Shown one piece after another: positions 7,750-9,592 of a stretch of DNA of 9,592 bases. The DNA is taken from assembly GCA_934660865.1 (NCBI GenBank), contig CAKUIA010000027.1, positions 1 through 9,592 of the forward strand, written 5' to 3'. The notes under the pieces were generated by a model. The model saw only the letters and a list, made by a program, of their open reading frames with translations. It made no database searches and was not told where the DNA came from. How positions within the stretch are numbered: position 1 is the stretch's first letter; each line of letters starts with the position of its first letter. The position numbers and the translations under genes are program-made. The DNA comes from an uncultured Opitutales bacterium. Its GTDB lineage: Bacteria; Verrucomicrobiota; Verrucomicrobiia; Opitutales; Intestinicryptomonadaceae.

Positions 7750-9592
7750 TTTTCCGCGACTACATTTGGCTTTATGCGGGGGCTTTTGCCCTTGAGGCCT
7801 TTTTGGCTCTTTTTGTCGAAAGCCAAAGGCGGCGCAAAATTGCGCTGCAAACTTTCGCCGCAAAAAACCTCTTAAAAACGCTGTGCTACAACTATAGCAG
7901 CGCCGCGCAAAAATTGAAATACGCGCTGATTTTATCGGGAATAGCATTTATATTTGCGGCTCTTGCGCGTCCGCAGTGGGGCTACAAGTGGCAGGAGACA
8001 AAAACAAGGGGCATAGACGTTGTTTTTGCTGTAGACTGCTCTAAAAGCATGCTTGCCGACGACATTAAGCCCGACAGGCTGCAGCGCGCAAAGCTGGCCA
8101 TAGAGGACGCCGTGGCAAAACTCGGCGGCGACAGAATAGGCCTTGTGGCCTTTAGCGGACAGGCCTTTTTGCAGTGCCCGCTAACGCTCGACTACGACGC
8201 CTTTAAAATGTCGCTGGACGAGCTTAAAATAGGCATAATACAAAGGGGCGGTACGAATATTTCGGCCGCAATAGAAGAGGCCGAAGCCGCCTTTAAGGAA
8301 AGCGCCAACTACAAAAGCATTATTCTGCTAAGCGACGGCGAAGAGCTTGAGGAAAACGCGCTTGCAACCGCAAAGCGTTTGGCGAAAAAGGGCGTTGTTA
8401 TCTACACAATAGGCGTCGGGCTAAACGACCTAAGCCCGATTTCGATAAGCGACGAACACGGCAAAAGCGACTATATAAGAGACGAACATGGCAACATTGT
8501 AAAAAGCAAATTGGACGAAAAAACCCTTATGCAAATTGCGCAGGCAACAAACGGCTTTTACGCGTCTCTTACCGACAACGGCATAGAAAAAGCCGTATCG
8601 CGCCTAAAGGAAATTCCGAAAAGCGAATTGGAATCTAAAATGAGGCAAACTGCAATAGACCGCTTCCAGATATTTTTGGCGGCAGCCCTAGTATTGCTTT
8701 CGCTCGAAAGCCTGATTGGAACAAGAAAGCTTTTTGCGAAATTGTCGCGCAGGGTTTTTGTGGGGAAAGCTGCGGTATTCTTTTTTGCGGCGGCCTTCCT
8801 TTTTGCGGACAATTCTTTTGCCGAAAGCGCAGCGGCAAAAAGCGCACTGCCGCGAGACTTGTTTAACGCTGCGGTAGATTTGCAGAGCGCAAAGGAATTC
8901 GACAAGGCAAGGGAAATGTACAACGCCGCAATGCGAGCCGAATTCGAAAACACCAAGCTACATTCGATGGCCTATTTTAACTTGGGCAATATCGACTACA
9001 ATTCGGCAAAACTCGCCTACGAAAAAATAACGGACTTGCCCGAAACCGAGAAACAGGGCGCAGCCCTTTACGGGCAATGCGCGCAAAGCCTGCAGGCGGG
9101 GTATGCGCTTTTAAAAGAGGGGCTTGCCCGCAAAAGCGCCGACGCCGAAAAATCCACCAAAACGCTTGAGGAAAAACCCTTTCAGGACAAATTAAAGCAG
9201 GGGCTTCAAGCCTGCCAAACAGCCCAAGCGGCCTGCGAAAAATTCGAAAAAGCGGCAACGCAAAAAACAGCAGAATTGGCCGCCGTAAACGATACTTTAA
9301 AACATGCCGACAAAAATTGGCGAAACAGTTTTGCTTTGGACAAACAAAACGTTTCGGCTCAAAAAAACACCGAAAGTAGCTTGTCGGCGCAAAAGGCCAT
9401 AAGCGCGCAAAGCGAAGCTTTTGAAAAGTCTGCGCAGTTTGCAAAAACAAGCGAAGCGGAATTGGCAAAGCTTATAGAGGAATTAAAAAAACTTATTAAA
9501 GACGACAATAAAGACAATCAGCAGAATCAGCAGAATCAGCAGAATCAGCAGAATCAGCAGAATCAGCAGAATCAGCAGAATCAGCAGAATCA
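7746..9592 (+). CDS. batB: BatB-like VWA membrane protein fused in frame to a BatC-like TPR/helical region and an (NQQ)n tail. The 3' end is truncated by the window edge.
   Basis: This ORF is not in the supplied track. The ATG at 7746 overlaps the batA stop (ATGA at 7746-7749). Codon-by-codon reading shows no stop through 9592 (615 full codons). aa 1-78 contain two TM helices. aa ~90-290 form a VWA domain (IDVVFAVDCSKSM with MIDAS at 8034-8048, GGTNISAAIEEA, IILLSDGEE, VIYTIGVG). aa 307-324 form a TM helix. aa 335-359 are signal-peptide-like. aa ~366-430 are TPR-like (AYFNLGNIDYNSAKLAYEKI). A helical Ala/Gln/Lys-rich region follows, and (NQQ)n starts at aa 591. Confidence 0.8.
   Translation, partial: MIFRDYIWLYAGAFALEAFLALFVESQRRRKIALQTFAAKNLLKTLCYNYSSAAQKLKYALILSGIAFIFAALARPQWGYKWQETKTRGIDVVFAVDCSKSMLADDIKPDRLQRAKLAIEDAVAKLGGDRIGLVAFSGQAFLQCPLTLDYDAFKMSLDELKIGIIQRGGTNISAAIEEAEAAFKESANYKSIILLSDGEELEENALATAKRLAKKGVVIYTIGVGLNDLSPISISDEHGKSDYIRDEHGNIVKSKLDEKTLMQIAQATNGFYASLTDNGIEKAVSRLKEIPKSELESKMRQTAIDRFQIFLAAALVLLSLESLIGTRKLFAKLSRRVFVGKAAVFFFAAAFLFADNSFAESAAAKSALPRDLFNAAVDLQSAKEFDKAREMYNAAMRAEFENTKLHSMAYFNLGNIDYNSAKLAYEKITDLPETEKQGAALYGQCAQSLQAGYALLKEGLARKSADAEKSTKTLEEKPFQDKLKQGLQACQTAQAACEKFEKAATQKTAELAAVNDTLKHADKNWRNSFALDKQNVSAQKNTESSLSAQKAISAQSEAFEKSAQFAKTSEAELAKLIEELKKLIKDDNKDNQQNQQNQQNQQNQQNQQNQQNQQN
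9516..9592 (+). repeat. Perfect 9-bp tandem repeat (AATCAGCAG), 8 full copies plus 5 nt, in frame, encoding (Asn-Gln-Gln)n and running off the window
   Basis: Counted directly. Units start at 9516, 9525, 9534, 9543, 9552, 9561, 9570 and 9579, with a partial unit at 9588. There are no mismatches. 9516 is a codon boundary of the 7746 ORF. Confidence 0.95.

Noticed and set aside
8558-9468. Minus-strand ORFs 8558-8956 (132 aa) and 8977-9468 (163 aa), the only sizeable ORFs the track lists in this region
   Set aside because: Both are antisense to the uninterrupted plus-strand ORF starting at 7746, which has clear VWA/TM/TPR features. Their translations are Ala/Phe/Arg-rich low-complexity sequence. 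They stand out only because the true ORF lacks a stop and was omitted from the track.
9516-9592. CRISPR-like or phase-variation interpretation of the tandem repeat
   Set aside because: The units are 9 bp and contiguous with no spacers, so this is not a CRISPR array. The unit length is a multiple of three and lies inside a CDS, so slippage changes protein length rather than switching the frame on and off.
1-9592. Mobile element, prophage or defence-island signatures
   Set aside because: I recognised no transposase, integrase, recombinase, terminal inverted repeats, tRNA attachment site or known defence gene. Coding density and gene content (dnaN, lpxK, glgC, Bat operon) look like core chromosome.

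Overview
The window looks chromosomal and comes from an LPS-making (Gram-negative-type) bacterium; I cannot assign the taxon from sequence alone. The left half is housekeeping. It holds the 3' end of an upstream gene with a basic low-complexity tail (1-201), dnaN (259-1386) with a strong terminator, and lpxK (1517-2719). glgC (2797-4074, minus strand) converges on lpxK, and the two share a bidirectional terminator. After a 182-bp AT-rich divergent intergenic region, the right half is one tightly packed plus-strand operon of the Bat (Bacteroides aerotolerance) / MoxR-VWA type. Its genes are a MoxR AAA+ ATPase (4257-5240), a DUF58 protein (5265-6179), a DUF4381-like membrane protein (6176-6715), a BatA-like VWA membrane protein (6712-7749) and a fifth gene. 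That fifth gene is missing from the supplied ORF track because it never reaches a stop codon. It starts at 7746, overlapping the batA stop, and I checked by hand that it stays open to the window edge (at least 615 codons). It reads as a BatB-like VWA membrane protein fused in frame to a BatC-like TPR and helical region. The fusion keeps an internal signal-peptide-like segment and ends in a perfect 9-bp tandem repeat (AATCAGCAG, 8 full copies plus 5 nt) encoding (NQQ)n that runs off the window. I found no tRNA, rRNA, CRISPR array, transposase, integrase or recognisable defence gene. I do not see evidence for a wholly new system. The items worth follow-up are the mechanistically unexplained Bat-type module, the unusual BatB-BatC fusion, its inferred membrane topology, and the Q/N repeat.
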